From the NCBI RefSeq assembly GCF_009914755.1, contig NC_060929.1: 64,000 nucleotides of DNA; one strand, 5' to 3'. Positions within the stretch are counted from its first letter, which is position 1, and each line of letters starts with the position of its first letter. The stretch comes from the human T2T-CHM13v2.0 reference genome, Homo sapiens. Shown here one piece after another: positions 48,058-64,000 of the stretch. Under the pieces are notes generated by a model. The model did no database searches and was not told the DNA's origin. It was given only the letters and a program-made list of their open reading frames with translations. A program made the translations under genes and the position numbers.

Positions 48058-51000
48058 TCACTCAGCAATCTTGATACAGGGTAGTCACTAGCCACCTTTT
48101 ATACTATGCTAAAAGGGAAAACTAGTATCTTCTCTCTGGTTGTGCTTTCTTTCTCCCTCCACGAAGAAACGGTGACTATATGAGGAAAAGCAAAGCAGAG
48201 AATGCACTTATTTTAAGAATTCAAAGTAAATTAACAGTAAGCCTAAGATTCTTGATGTGCAGAGACTTAGGGGTTGTAGTCCACCACCTGTATCAATATG
48301 TAAGTACAACTCTAAGGGTCAGGCTAATTCAGCACATATTAAACTACTTTCAAGATGGCAGTCACAAAGACCTGTAAGTTTAAAAGTTTAAAACCCAGCA
48401 TCAGAGCAGTAACGTATAAAGGAATGACCAGCAGGCACATAATAAATACAGGGCTCTCTCAGATTTTAAGTCTTTTGTCACGTATCATTTTTTTTTCTTT
48501 TTACACCAACAAAGCAAGAGTAAATGTCATGTATAATTTCTAACACCTTTACTTTTATTCTTTTTACCTGATATTTTTAATTTTTATTCATTTATCAGGT
48601 GACTAAAAGATTTCAAAATGTATTTTCCTTAAATTCTAACCAAGAGGGTAATAGCCTAGATAAGGTTAGCAAAAATAAGCATAACTTAGAAAGGAGAGTT
48701 CTCCAATAGACAATTTGTATCCTACTATCAAAGTTCTCAATACATGGCCAGTGCCTGAGATAGGCACATCATACTTCTTTTGACCACCTTGGCAATAACA
48801 TTTATTTTCAAATAAGCCATTATAGTTTCAATTGATACAGATGATCTTGTCATACAGTAAACTTGCAGATAAGATCTATATCACCTGTTTTGCACTACTT
48901 ACTCAATTTAGGTAACCTTCTACCTTATCAACTACAACTCATCATGATTATTACTCAGTGTGTTTGTCCCTTAAGTCTTTTACTAAGAAATAGCATTTAG
49001 CATATTATTTTATTGCTGGAGGCCCTCCACAGTTGATCAATATGTCTTTGTTTCATATTGCCTTTTCCAAAAAGATTAATGTATAAAATGCATCATTTAA
49101 AAAATCAACTAATAAGTATGGACGTTTTGAAGTCACACTGAAAGTTGTATCAGTATATAATCTTAGGGGAAGCAAATTATGGAGCATCCATTAATAAAAC
49201 ACATTGGAGTCATAGAAAGTAACTTTTCTTTGCTATTAGATCTGTTGCCCTATTTGTTCAAATAGAAGATGCTTTAACGTTTTCTTCAAGCACAGCTGAC
49301 ATCACTTGAGTGCTTCTCTTTAGGCAAAAGAAACATTATTCCATTCCAATGCATTTCTACCAAAGGGCAAGTCTGTTCCAATAACTTTTTAGATGGCCAA
49401 TGCAGAGCTTTTCCTTGGGAGCTCTGGTTCACTTGTTTGATCTACACTGATTTGTGCTGACATGTAAATGGGTGCCAGTCACTTAGAAAAGTAAATCTTT
49501 GTGAACTTTAAGATCAATTGAAATGATCTATGGATTAGTTAGCTGTTGAACTACTATGGTTGTTGCAAATTTTGATTTTATAAAAGGAATTTAAAAATAA
49601 ACAGGCAAGGGAAGAAAGACGTTTTCTGCTCCTGGATCCTGAGGGTACACATCAGGGATTCAGAGTCAAATTTGCTTCTTCTGCATCACAGAATGCTTCA
49701 CTCTGAGTTCCCAGGAAGTTTAGGGTTAGGTCATGCTACAGAGCCTGAAACGATTCAAAAGCTCACGGTCAACAGAAGTTACTATTGATAGGCAAGATAT
49801 TTTGAAAAGAAAATGAGCATTTAGTGATTAATAATCTGGACCAGCAGATATTCCAAAGCCCTTTTTGCTCTTAATTTTTAAATAAAGTCATCTTAAAGCA
49901 GTTAACAATATAAACATATCAGTGGACTTTTGGACCCAAGTACATATATTGTGTTGTGTTTCAGTGTACGGTGTATTTTTTAATTTAGTCTATTACAAAC
50001 CTAAATAGAGTTGAGGTTGCCAAGAGTCTAATCTTTCAATAATGTGTTACAGTAATTCAATTATTTTAGTAAATTGCATGATGCTATATACACTAAATGG
50101 CCTAAAGAACTAGGGATTAATCAGTTATAATAAAAACCCCAAATATAATTAAATACATAGGTAACTGTGTAGCTAACAAAAACTTAGTAACTAGTACTTT
50201 CATTCTGTTCAAATTGCCCGGGAGTGAGGCCACTAAAAATGTTTAGCAAACTGGATTCCTAATGGGCATTAGGTGTTCAAAAATGTTTCCACAATTAATG
50301 TCATTCATTAACTTGGCCTTTGAAAGCTTTCACCAAATATTCACTTCCACATAATTACTTTAACTAAAACTCAGTCATCTTATATTGAACATACAAACTG
50401 GAATGTAGAAATAGGATTTTTTTATCTCCTCAGCTTTATAAGGTTTATTTCTAGACTTCTAGAAATCACCTTTGTGCTCTAATGTCTAATATTTTGAGAT
50501 TTTCTTTCCTATGATTTATATAAAATTCTCAAATGTTATATAGTTTATATCTTGTATATATAATCCCACAGATGGCACAAGGTTTCCTGGCCCTAAGGCA
50601 ATATGTATGTTTTAAATCAGCCAAATGGGTAACTTCAAAGTAAAAGGTCAAAGGAGGTGTTGTGATGGAAGTCAGTGAGAAAATATGTGCAATTATAAAC
50701 CATGCGAGAAGAAAATGAAAGGTTGGGTTCAAAAGGTTAGGAGTCAAGGATCCACCAATAACCTATATCCACATTTTACTAATACTCTCTGTATAGTTCA
50801 TTCCTTTTTCATTTAATCAATTTATTCTCATGATTTTATAACGATGTCTGTGTGCCCATTGCGTGTCATAGCCAAAACTGTTCTCTAATGATAAATCCCA
50901 TTAGGGCAGGAATATGTCGTTTTAATTTTCTCCAAACAACTCCCAGAACAGTTAAATGCCAAAGATAAGCTTGCTTTTACTTAGTGACAAGGATTCTTTT

Positions 51001-52239
51001 ATTGTATACCATCTTCCCTCTTCACAAAGTCCTTTCAATTCAAAAATCGTTCTATAATATTGGCAATATTGGGATCGGATCTTGCAGAGACCTCATTGCC
51101 GCTCCGCTCCAAGAACCATTGGCTTTTTTTCCCCCCACTTCAAGGAAACACACTGGAGGCACAAAGACAAAGAGTCTGCTTGAGTCAACTCGAAGGCAGT
51201 TTCTCACGTGTGGAGCTCACATATGGTTACTGAACAGAGGGAGGAATGTACCCTGCTTGTTTTTGAAGTGTTTGGGTAATTTTGTTTGTGCTGCCATATG
51301 GCACCACACCCCTCTGCCCATATTTCAAATCTTTTGTGTGTGTGTTTTCTTTAAACTTTAGGAGTCCAGGCATACTTATAAAAAGAAGACAAGAAGTTAT
51401 AGTTTGGAGATTTAATTATCTTCATATGTTGAGGACCCAAGACATCCATACCCCCTTATTCCACATTTAGTCACATGGACTCACTTGGGGTGCCTATTTT
51501 TATTTCTGCACCAAATCATTGCTGTTGATGCTCATAATGAGAATGATACCTCCTACAGACAGGAAGCGGGTAATCGTGGGACGATTCTCAGATGTAGGGA
51601 TTCAAATTGGCAGCAAAGCACATACTATGATTCATTTAAAACAGCATTTTACATCCAAAAAGAAGGAAGAGACCTGTGCAATTATCAGTGATATAACTTT
51701 TAAGCTTTAAGATATTGCCTGGTAATTTTGATAATAGAACTTAATGGGGTGAAAACCAGTCTTGAGAATTTAATGAAATGTATCTGTTTGGGACTCAAAT
51801 TGATAAACATTTTAAACTGCACATAAAAACATTATCTTCCAAACACTAAGACAGTCACACAATTTAAAAAGTAAATATAACTTTCAAAATGTTTTCTTCC
51901 TCATTAAATGTCAGTTGCTTCAAGAAGCAAACACCAATGTGTAGAGTTAAAAGACAATCTTCTCCCTGATGAGAGAGTTTCTCAGACATAAGTCTTTGTC
52001 TCACCCATCTCCAAATAAAAACTTTTGGTCTAAGGAATGGCTCTTAAAATGAGCCACCTCCTCTATCCCAGCTAGTCAGAAACTGTTTGTTAGTCCCTTT
52101 TGCTGTCTCCTTGCTATAAAGAGACCACCCCCCCATTAAGGTTTAGTGGAGCTCCTTCTTCTTTTGTCCTTTCTCAAGGAGTTTACATAGATGTGTGAGG
52201 GATAAACCAAAACCTGAGACAAGGGAGGTTTCGCCTTTG

Positions 52240-52292
52240 TACCACATAAATGGGTACAACTATAACGTATCGATAAAAAATAAAATTTAAAA
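52240..52292 (+). mobile_element. Very short L1MA-like 3' terminus
   Basis: TACCACATAAATGGGTACAACTATAACGTATCGATAAAAAATAAAA. Confidence 0.45.
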
Positions 52293-53340
52293 TAAGGGAC
52301 CTTAAAAAAAAACTAATTGAAGCCCAAGCACAAGATACCAATGGAAAGCAATACTTAGAGGTAAATTCTTCATATCCAGAGTTTTCTGGCAAACCTAGAC
52401 TTTTTAAAAAAAAACATTAGATTGGTCAGAATTTTTTAAACTAGAAATCATGAACAACTTGTATGCATAGAAGCAAGGTTGTCAACTTCTATTTGCATTT
52501 TAGTATCTCTGCCAGTAAGCTATAGATTGGCAATTTTCCATTTGGAGAGCAGTGAATGATAATGGCATAATTAATATTAATAGAGCCATTACATCTCTAC
52601 AAATCATTCACATATTTAAATGAAATCCCCATCTTACTCTCTCTGGGCTATTTTTGCATTGATATTATTATAACCTTTAGATCTCTATTTTAACTTCTGA
52701 AAGCAATTTACCTCATCAGTTTAATATCAAAGACAAAACTGACAAACCTCATTTAAATATAATTTTCATTTCTTATCTCTTTCAAGATTTCAGACTTTTC
52801 CTTATAACAGGCACCCTATTGGTACATCTCTTGGCTTTTGAAAATTGCTCACATATTATCTCCATCTATGTGTATCCCAACTAGGCAGGGCTCTGGTAAA
52901 ATTCAGAGAGGTCTCTTTCTTAAGAAATAAAGCAGAATAAGAAAAATCAGATGGTGGACCAGATGGCAGGACAGGCAATATCAGCTCTCAATATTTTATT
53001 TACTTCACACACCTCACCTGGAATCTCCTAAGTAAAGAGAGGTTGCATATGCACTTGTTAGATGCAATACTGGACAGAATGTCAGAGTGAAACCACAGTG
53101 AAGGAACAGGATGGGTGCCCTTTACTGAAACAAAGCTCTGAATCTGGGTTGAATCTCTCTTCAGCCCTCATGATGATTCTTTCAATGGGTTGAAACCTTT
53201 CCATACGGTTGCTGATCCCTAATGAAAGACAGAGTCCAAAGACAGGGAACTATTTGATCAATAAAATTTGAGAGCTCATAAAGAGTAGACTTGATCTAAA
53301 ATTTTGAAATGAGGAACAAATGTAAGAAAAAAAAAATGTT

Positions 53341-53366
53341 CGTGTGTGTGTGTGGTGTGTGTGTGT
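53341..53366. repeat. Imperfect (TG)n
   Basis: GTGTGTGTGTGTGGTGTGTGTGTGT. Confidence 0.85.
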
Positions 53367-53834
53367 ATCTGTCTTTGGATTTCTTACTAATTTGTACTAA
53401 AGGTAAACATTCTTATACCTAATTTAAAGGAATACAATTTTCATGAAAGAACCCAGAATATTTGTAGTATAGGAAGAAATTACCCCAATCTTGAACAAAA
53501 TCTCTTTTAAAACTTGAGTAAAAATTTTACAATTTAAATTGATTGTTTAAATAATTTAGTCACTTCCAAATTTCTTTTGAGACTTTTAATATAGGCTATT
53601 ACCAACAACAGCATTGAATTCTTCTCTGACAAACAGAAGAGAATTGGAGAACAAATTGATGATACTTTCTTATCTAGGATTGGCTCTTTAAATCTATTTT
53701 AAATTTAAAAATATAAATATCCACTCAAATCCTTTTACATAGTCACCTCTGTGCTAATAACTTGCATTTTAAAATTTTCAAATGCACATGGTTTGTAATT
53801 TTAGTCTGAGGTCATAGAGCTAGAAGACCATACT

Positions 53835-54045
53835 ACAAAGAATATAGGCTCTTGAAAATTATTAAGACCTGGGTTGTAATTTAGGCTTCCCTGCTCATTA
53901 TCTGCTTGACTTGGTAAAGTTCACTTCACCTTTCTGAGCTCCAGATTGCAAGATAGTTCTGAGGCTCACCTGCGATGATGCGTAAAAATAAAATTCCTTA
54001 GGCAATTGCTGACACATAATACACTACTGATAAATTTTAATTATG
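53835..54045 (+). mobile_element. MIR
   Basis: AGACCTGGGTT...CACTTCACCTTTCTGAGC...CTGACACATAAT. Confidence 0.65.
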
Positions 54046-56818
54046 TTTTCATTGGTGACCAATCCAAAGAAAAATTCAATCTTTAACCTTAGCTTCTTTG
54101 GTACTTTACCCCCACCAAATAAGTTCAAGACCCCATGTTAATATTGTCTGTGACCTCAGTAATATGATCTTGGATTAAATAAGATAATACACCTGAACAG
54201 CTCTGAAATCTCTTTTAATGTACTCTTTGGTATGAGTTCAATAAAATAGTCACCTAATGGCCTGAAAATTATAGCAAGAGCTTCCCTAAACTGATGGTTG
54301 AGACCACAGAAACGAGATCAGTCACTAGTATTTATTTCAAACTTATACTCTGCTGCATATTTTATTAAGTTTAACTCCTTAAATCCTCTCAACTCTACTA
54401 GCTAAGTGCAGTTATTACTCTCATTTCTCAAGAAACAAATTTAGATTAATGATGTGCTCTAGATAGTAACAATCCTAGAACAATATGACTACACATGCAC
54501 AATTACATAACACTGAAGTATAATAGTGGTTACTTGATTCCAAGTGGACCCCAAATTTGTTGAAATTCAGAGCCTAATAAAATTGATTTTCCTAAACTTA
54601 AATGAAATAGCTATCTTCTGTTTTCGTGGGAAGAAGCTCCTCAACTTCACAAGATGTTCAAAAATAGCATCAACTCCATCCAAAAGCTCCATTTCTGATG
54701 ATGGGGAGTGGGAAGAGTGTGCATGTGTGTAATATTTTATTTCTGTGGCTTGTTGAGCTACTACTAATATTATTCAGTCTATATTGAAAATGTTAAGATT
54801 GTGGTAGAAATTTCATGCTGGGAATTTAAAGTTTCCATTTGTCTTCAAACTGCCTTAGATCTACTAACTACAGTTCTTAAAACCAAACCACACTCTTTGA
54901 CCATCATGATGTCTGTCTGGAAAAATTTAGAAATTATTAAAATAACACAACACGTAAGCAAAAGTACATCTGAACCTTTTTCTCTCCATTATCTGTGTCT
55001 CTGAATTGTGCTTATTGTTTTGATTTCATATCATGATGATGTGTGGTTAGGCTTGACAGAAATTAAACTCTCACTGGCCAGCCTTCAAGAAGCGATCTCT
55101 TTAGCTGTAAGATATGTTACAGCTTCTATCTTTATTTTCAGGTTTTTAACTTCAGAAAGCATCTTCATTACATCAGGAAGACCATATTCCTATGTGATTA
55201 AACTGAGTCAGTATATCTACTTCAATAACTTTAAGTCAGATTTTGCAATATGTTGATAAAAAAGCAGGAGGTGATTGTAGTTTCTCTAAAAAGACTGATT
55301 GCACAGCAGGCATTAGGGAAAAAATGACAATAATCACAACTCCAGCTGCATAAATACACTTCATGTGCTGTCTTGTATGTTTAGCAGTTCAAGATGAATG
55401 GGAAAACGTGGCCTGGAAGAAATACTCTATTTTGATAATATGTAGTAAGGATCTGCACTTGCATGCTATTATGGCTATGCCATCTCCACTGCTGTGTCAC
55501 TGAACATCTGAAGAAAAGAAAGATATACACATGATGAATTCAATCTACTTTAGGAATCTGGTGATTTTTTTACTTCTGAGTACACAATGGACAAGGTGTC
55601 CTAAGATCAGAGTTAAAGTTTAAGGAAGAGCCACATGAAAAGGTTCATGGCTCACATGAAAGATCATGTGAATATATATATAGTGATATAATAATTAAGT
55701 CAATTTTACGCTCAGCTTGACTTTTCTGATTGAACTCACAGATTATCAATCAAAAATTCATGACTGAACTGACTGTTAACTGAGCTGTCAGGACATATGG
55801 GTTAATATAGAAGAATCAGTCAATTATAAGAGGCTACGTCTCCTGAGATGAGACTTAGAGATGTTTCAAGAGGGAACTAGGTACTGAAAAAGGGGAAAGG
55901 TATCACTTTCAATCATTTTTACATAGTCCCAAAACCTTGAAACTAGGTATCTCTCAGGCTTGCTCTCCAATTTGATTTTCAGGGCCTGCCAAGGCTAGTC
56001 AGTAAGATTTATTAGATTTCTTGTGCTAAAATGAACACAGATGAAGTGTTAAAAATGAAACAGATTATTTGAAAGTTGCAGTGGACTGTCTGAGTCATCA
56101 GCAGTCAGTGTGTCAATCATCACGTGGACACTGAGCATCCACATGTTATACAGCAGCGTAGTCAACTGAAATGTGATTGGAATCGTCAGGATGACCCATT
56201 AGACTCTTGAAACAGCATATAGAAAGCTTCTATGATTAAATTCCCAACAGCACCCATCCTTTTTGTGTGATTATGCACAAAGATTAAGTGAGATTAAGTA
56301 TATAAAGTTTCTAACATACTGTGTGGCTTATAGTAAGCACCAAACAAATATTAGTTATTATTACAAGTATGAGAGAGAGATTTTTAAAAGGTTGGATGGT
56401 TAGAAGAGCGTTAAAAAGTGAGACATCAAGATACAACAAAATTTTGGGAAACTGATAAATCAAAAAGCCAAATACAAATTCAGTATAGTTTTTAAAATGT
56501 TTGAAGTGTTTCTTAATATGCTTATTCGGGTAATTTTTTTTCCTCCAAGAAAGATGTCAGTAGTGTGTAACTCCTTTAAGACAGCTATAGAACTCTGACA
56601 TACAAGCAAGAGATTTCCTAGAAGCTGAAGTAAAGATTGTCCTCAACTTAATCAAGTCAGTATTGACTTTCTGATAAATGTCTTTGTTTTATGTTATTAG
56701 TACCCTCATATTATCTTATTTTTCATATGTTTATCTTTCACTTCTTCTCTATAGAGCATTAGGTTATTAAGGTACAAGTACATTTTCTTATGCTTCTGGG
56801 TTTTTATTCCCCCATCCT

Positions 56819-56978
56819 CTTTATTATACTTTAAGTTCTAGGGTACATGTGCTACACCCATTAACTCATCATTTACATTAGGTAATTCTCTTAATGCTAT
56901 CCCTCCCTCCTCCCCCCTCCCCCGACCCCACAACAGGCCCCAGTGTGTGATGTTCCCCACTCCTTGTCCAAGTATTCT
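56819..56978 (-). mobile_element. Short L1PA (about PA5-7) 3' end
   Basis: TTATTATACTTTAAGTTCTAGGGTACATGTGC...CAGGCCCCAGTGTGTGATGTTCCCC. Confidence 0.9.
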
Positions 56979-59024
56979 GTTTTTAACTTTTACAACAGGG
57001 CCTTCCCAAAGGGACACACCGAATAAATATTTGCTTGTGTGAAAATATTACCAATTTTCTTTTCCATTATATCAGTATTATTACATTTATTTTCTATGTT
57101 GTTATTGAGTATAAACTCCTTTCACATATTAATTGTTTGGTCAAATTTCCTTATAAGTTTTCAAATACTGTTAAAAGGTAGTAAACAATAAAAAAAAAAA
57201 ATCACATACAAAATCACATATCTGAAAGGTATATACCCATCCTTGTGAAATATTTTCTAACACTAAAAAAAGAAAAGTCAAAATAAAGCTTTTCTACTAT
57301 GATTTCAAAAAACAAATTTTAAAGTAGTAGATTGAAGTAATTTTGCTGCCAAAATTACAGTGTTATTTTTTCAGAAATATAGGAATAAGAAGTTCATTGT
57401 TTATCTGTTTCACTTCCCACAATTTGATATGTAGCAAAAAAAGAACTTGAATATTCAAACCAACAGATACATCTAGCCTAGTGTTTCTATAACTCTATTT
57501 CTGTATTGCTACCTGAAATATATTAAGAAAATATATTACAGAAAATACATTTTTATAGATTTAGTGAAAGGATGAAAACAAAGTAGCTTAGTCCCAGATA
57601 AATCTAAAATGCCAATTGCCAGTGCCTACAGTGAGATGCTTTCTAAGACACAGAATATTTAGTTCTGAGCAAACTGGGTCTCTTGGTAAGAATCAAAAAA
57701 AAAAGAGAGAGAGAGAAAGAGCCTAAATAGGATGTTAAGTAGGATGAATTCTGCTCTCATGCAATAGTCTGGGTTCAATATACAAAGGGCTCTTTTGATG
57801 TGAAAACTATTATCAATCCTAACATCATACCATTTGACTCCAGGCTGCTAATGTAGAATGTGCATTTCTGCTAACCCAAAATGGAAATGCCATCTATGTT
57901 TCTGTGGCTGTTTACCTGATGACATGCCAATTCACCCTCATGTGCCTTCAAAGAAATTCAGGAAATGGAGAAATAAATAGAATGCAAGTGATTCAGAAGA
58001 CAAATGGCTATCTGCTCTCTCTTTCAGTTCTATTTCTTTACTGGACCTTCTCTTCCTTGGAGGAGTGCAGCTAATGTAGATAATTCTTCTTCCAGCCAGA
58101 AATGAGAAGGATGCCAAACTATATACAAAACAAAGGCAACAACAGCAACTGTGTACGTGCAAGCACATGGACATTATTAGAAATGTAAACCTATTTCATT
58201 GAAAGATGATTTCCACCTAGAGAAAAACAACCCATCTTACCTGTAAGAGAAGAGTAAAATAATGGACTGAGCCACACCCACATGTCAAAGTCCCTAGAAA
58301 TGACACTAAATTATACATAAGTTAAATCTGTAACAGCCCCTCAAATCAAGAAGTGTCAAAAAGGACCTAAAATTATCACAAAATCCTACAAACTAGAAGA
58401 CAGATAATAGTATAAGAAACCACAGCTCAAAAGGTATGCAAGTCATTCTGCTAAAATGCTTACAGCGGGAGACATAGGGAGCAGGAGATGGCCCGTGGCA
58501 TCCATCAGGCTGTTTGGTAAGATGCATATGGGTCCTCAAGGACCCATCCTGCCCTCAAATTATGGTAAACAAAAACACCAGCCTACAGGAGTGATGGGGA
58601 GCTTGCAGTTGAAAGGCCGATCATCCAGGGCACTGGTGATGATGCAGAAGTATGGGGAAACCACTGACCAGAAGATGAAAAACCCCTTCCTATCACCCCA
58701 CAGCATATGTTTTTTCCCCTCAAAGAAATAGATTATATTTAAAAAATTGATTTGTTTCACAATAGGAGCTCCAACTGATTACTTATTTTTAAAGCAATTC
58801 ATCATTTTACCTTGGTTCACTCAGTGTAACAGAAGATAAGGTAAAAATTGGACAAACATTGGGATTACATGTTGTTACAGAGCAATCATTGAGAATTCAT
58901 GGAAATAAACTGATTCAACAGACATGTCAGTCAGGTTTTATGGAAGAATTTACCTAAATTCAGTATTAAAAAACAGATAAGTATAATAAAGACTTGAAAA
59001 ATAAATGGGAGTAACTTTGTAGAA

Positions 59025-60205
59025 AAATTTCAAGTTTTATTTTAGATGCCAAGGGTACATGTGCAGGTTTGTTACCTGGGTATATCACATGATGCTATAG
59101 TTTGGGGTATGGATCCCATTTCCCAGGTAGTGAGCACTAGTAGTTTTTCAACTCACACCCTTCTCCCTTCCTCCTTCTTTAGTAGTCTCCAGAGTCTACT
59201 ATTCTTGTCTTTACGTCCTTATATTCAATGTTTAGCTACCACTTACAAGTGAGAACATGTGGTTGGTTTTCTGTTCCTACATTAATTTGTCTAGGATAAA
59301 GGACTCCAGCTGCATCCATGTTGCTGCAAAAGACATATTTTGTTCTTTTACATGGCTGCATGTTATTCCATGGTGTAGATATACCACATTTTCTTTATCC
59401 AATCCACCATTTGTGGACACCTTGGTTGATTCCATGTCTTTGCTATTGTGAATAGCACTGCTGTGAATATTCAAGTGCATTTGTCTTTTTTATAGAACGA
59501 TTTATTTTCTTATGGGTATACCACCATGGGTATTGTTGGCTTGAATGGTAGCTCTGTTTTAAGTTCTTTGAGAAATCTCTGGACTTCCTCCCAGGTTGGC
59601 TGAACTAATTTACATTCCCACCAACAGTGTATGAGCATTCTCTTTTCTCCACAGCCTTGCCAACATCTGTTATTTTTTGACTCAATAGCCATTCTGACTG
59701 GTGGTTTTGATTTGCATTTCTCTGATGATTAGTGATGATGAGCATTATTTTCATGTGTTTGCTCACTTGTATGTCTTCTTTTGGGAAGACAATGTTCATG
59801 TTGTTTGCCCATTTTTTTCTTTTCATTTTAAGTTATTGGGGACATGTGCAGGATGTGCAGATTTGTTACACAGGTAAATCTGTGCCATGGTGGCTTGCTG
59901 CATCTATCAACCTCTCACCTAGGTACTAAGCTCATTTTTAATGGGGTTAATTTGTTTACATTCCTCATAGATTCTAGATATTAGACCTTTGCCAGAAGCA
60001 TAGTTTGTGAATTTTTCTCCCATTCTCTAGGTTGTCTGTTTACACTATGAATGCTTTATTTTCTGTGTAGAAAATCTTTAGTTCAATTAGGTCTCACTTG
60101 TTCTTGTTAGAATTGCTTTTGAGGACTTAGCCAAAAATTATTTGCCAAGGCCAATGTCAAAGCAGGTATTCCCTAGGTTTTCTTTTAGGATTTTTATAGT
60201 TTGAG
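59025..60205 (-). mobile_element. L1PA15/16-like 3' portion, host of nested L1s
   Basis: GGATCCCATTTCCCAGGTAGTGAGCA 3'UTR type; ORF2-like minus ORFs 59277-59692. Confidence 0.85.
59812..59930 (-). mobile_element. ~120-bp L1PA 3' tip nested in L1PA16
   Basis: GGACATGTGCAGGATGTGCAG...CACCTAGGTACTAAGC; flanks GCCCATTTTT / GCTCATTTTT. Confidence 0.8.
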
Positions 60206-63805
<3,600 letters not shown>

Positions 63806-63807
63806 GT

Positions 63808-64000
63808 TATTTTCTTTCTGAGGCGGAGTCCTGCTCTGTCACCCAGCCTGGAGTATAGTAGCCTGATCTTGGCTCAACCCAACCCCTGCTCCCCAGGTTC
63901 AATCAATTCTCCTGCCTCAGCCTCCCAAGTGGCTAAGATTACAGGTGAGAGCCACCACGCTCACCTAATTTTTGTATATTTAGTAGAGACTAGGATTCAC
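63808..64000 (-). mobile_element. AluS, cut by the window edge
   Basis: GAGGCGGAGTC...AATTCTCCTGCCTCAGCCTCCC...TAATTTTTGTAT. Confidence 0.92.

Noticed and set aside
50984-51710. Cluster of overlapping 60-125 aa plus-strand ORFs
   Set aside because: No recognisable homology or consistent splice signals
52225-52240. TTTCGCCTTT resembling the U5 snRNA loop next to an L1 tail (snRNA-L1 chimera)
   Set aside because: Only ~10 nt match and upstream bases do not follow U5

Overview
This is AT-rich primate genomic DNA, very likely human given an AluYg-lineage element. It reads as a large intron or an intergenic/lncRNA region, and I recognise no host protein-coding exon. Nearly all long ORFs in the track come from LINE-1 or Alu, and the rest look spurious. 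The main feature is a near-full-length L1PA3-like element (~41523-47618, +) with dead ORF1/ORF2. It keeps its YY1 site, the ~129-bp ZNF93-bound 5'UTR segment and an open antisense ORF0, but it lacks its 3' terminus, poly(A) and TSD. The right end (59-64 kb) is a nested L1 stack containing a twin-primed inverted L1PA4-like insertion and an older L1 with a ~3-kb internal deletion that joins ORF1 to ORF2. The rest is Alu, MIR, L2, CR1, ERVL/MaLR LTRs and DNA-transposon relics. The more speculative leads are a possible ORF0 in-frame chimeric transcript, minus-strand recursive-splice-like AG|GT sites, a promoter-like motif set and a 66-bp-phased compound microsatellite. I found no convincing novel biological system. 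Subfamily calls and old-repeat boundaries are by eye and approximate.
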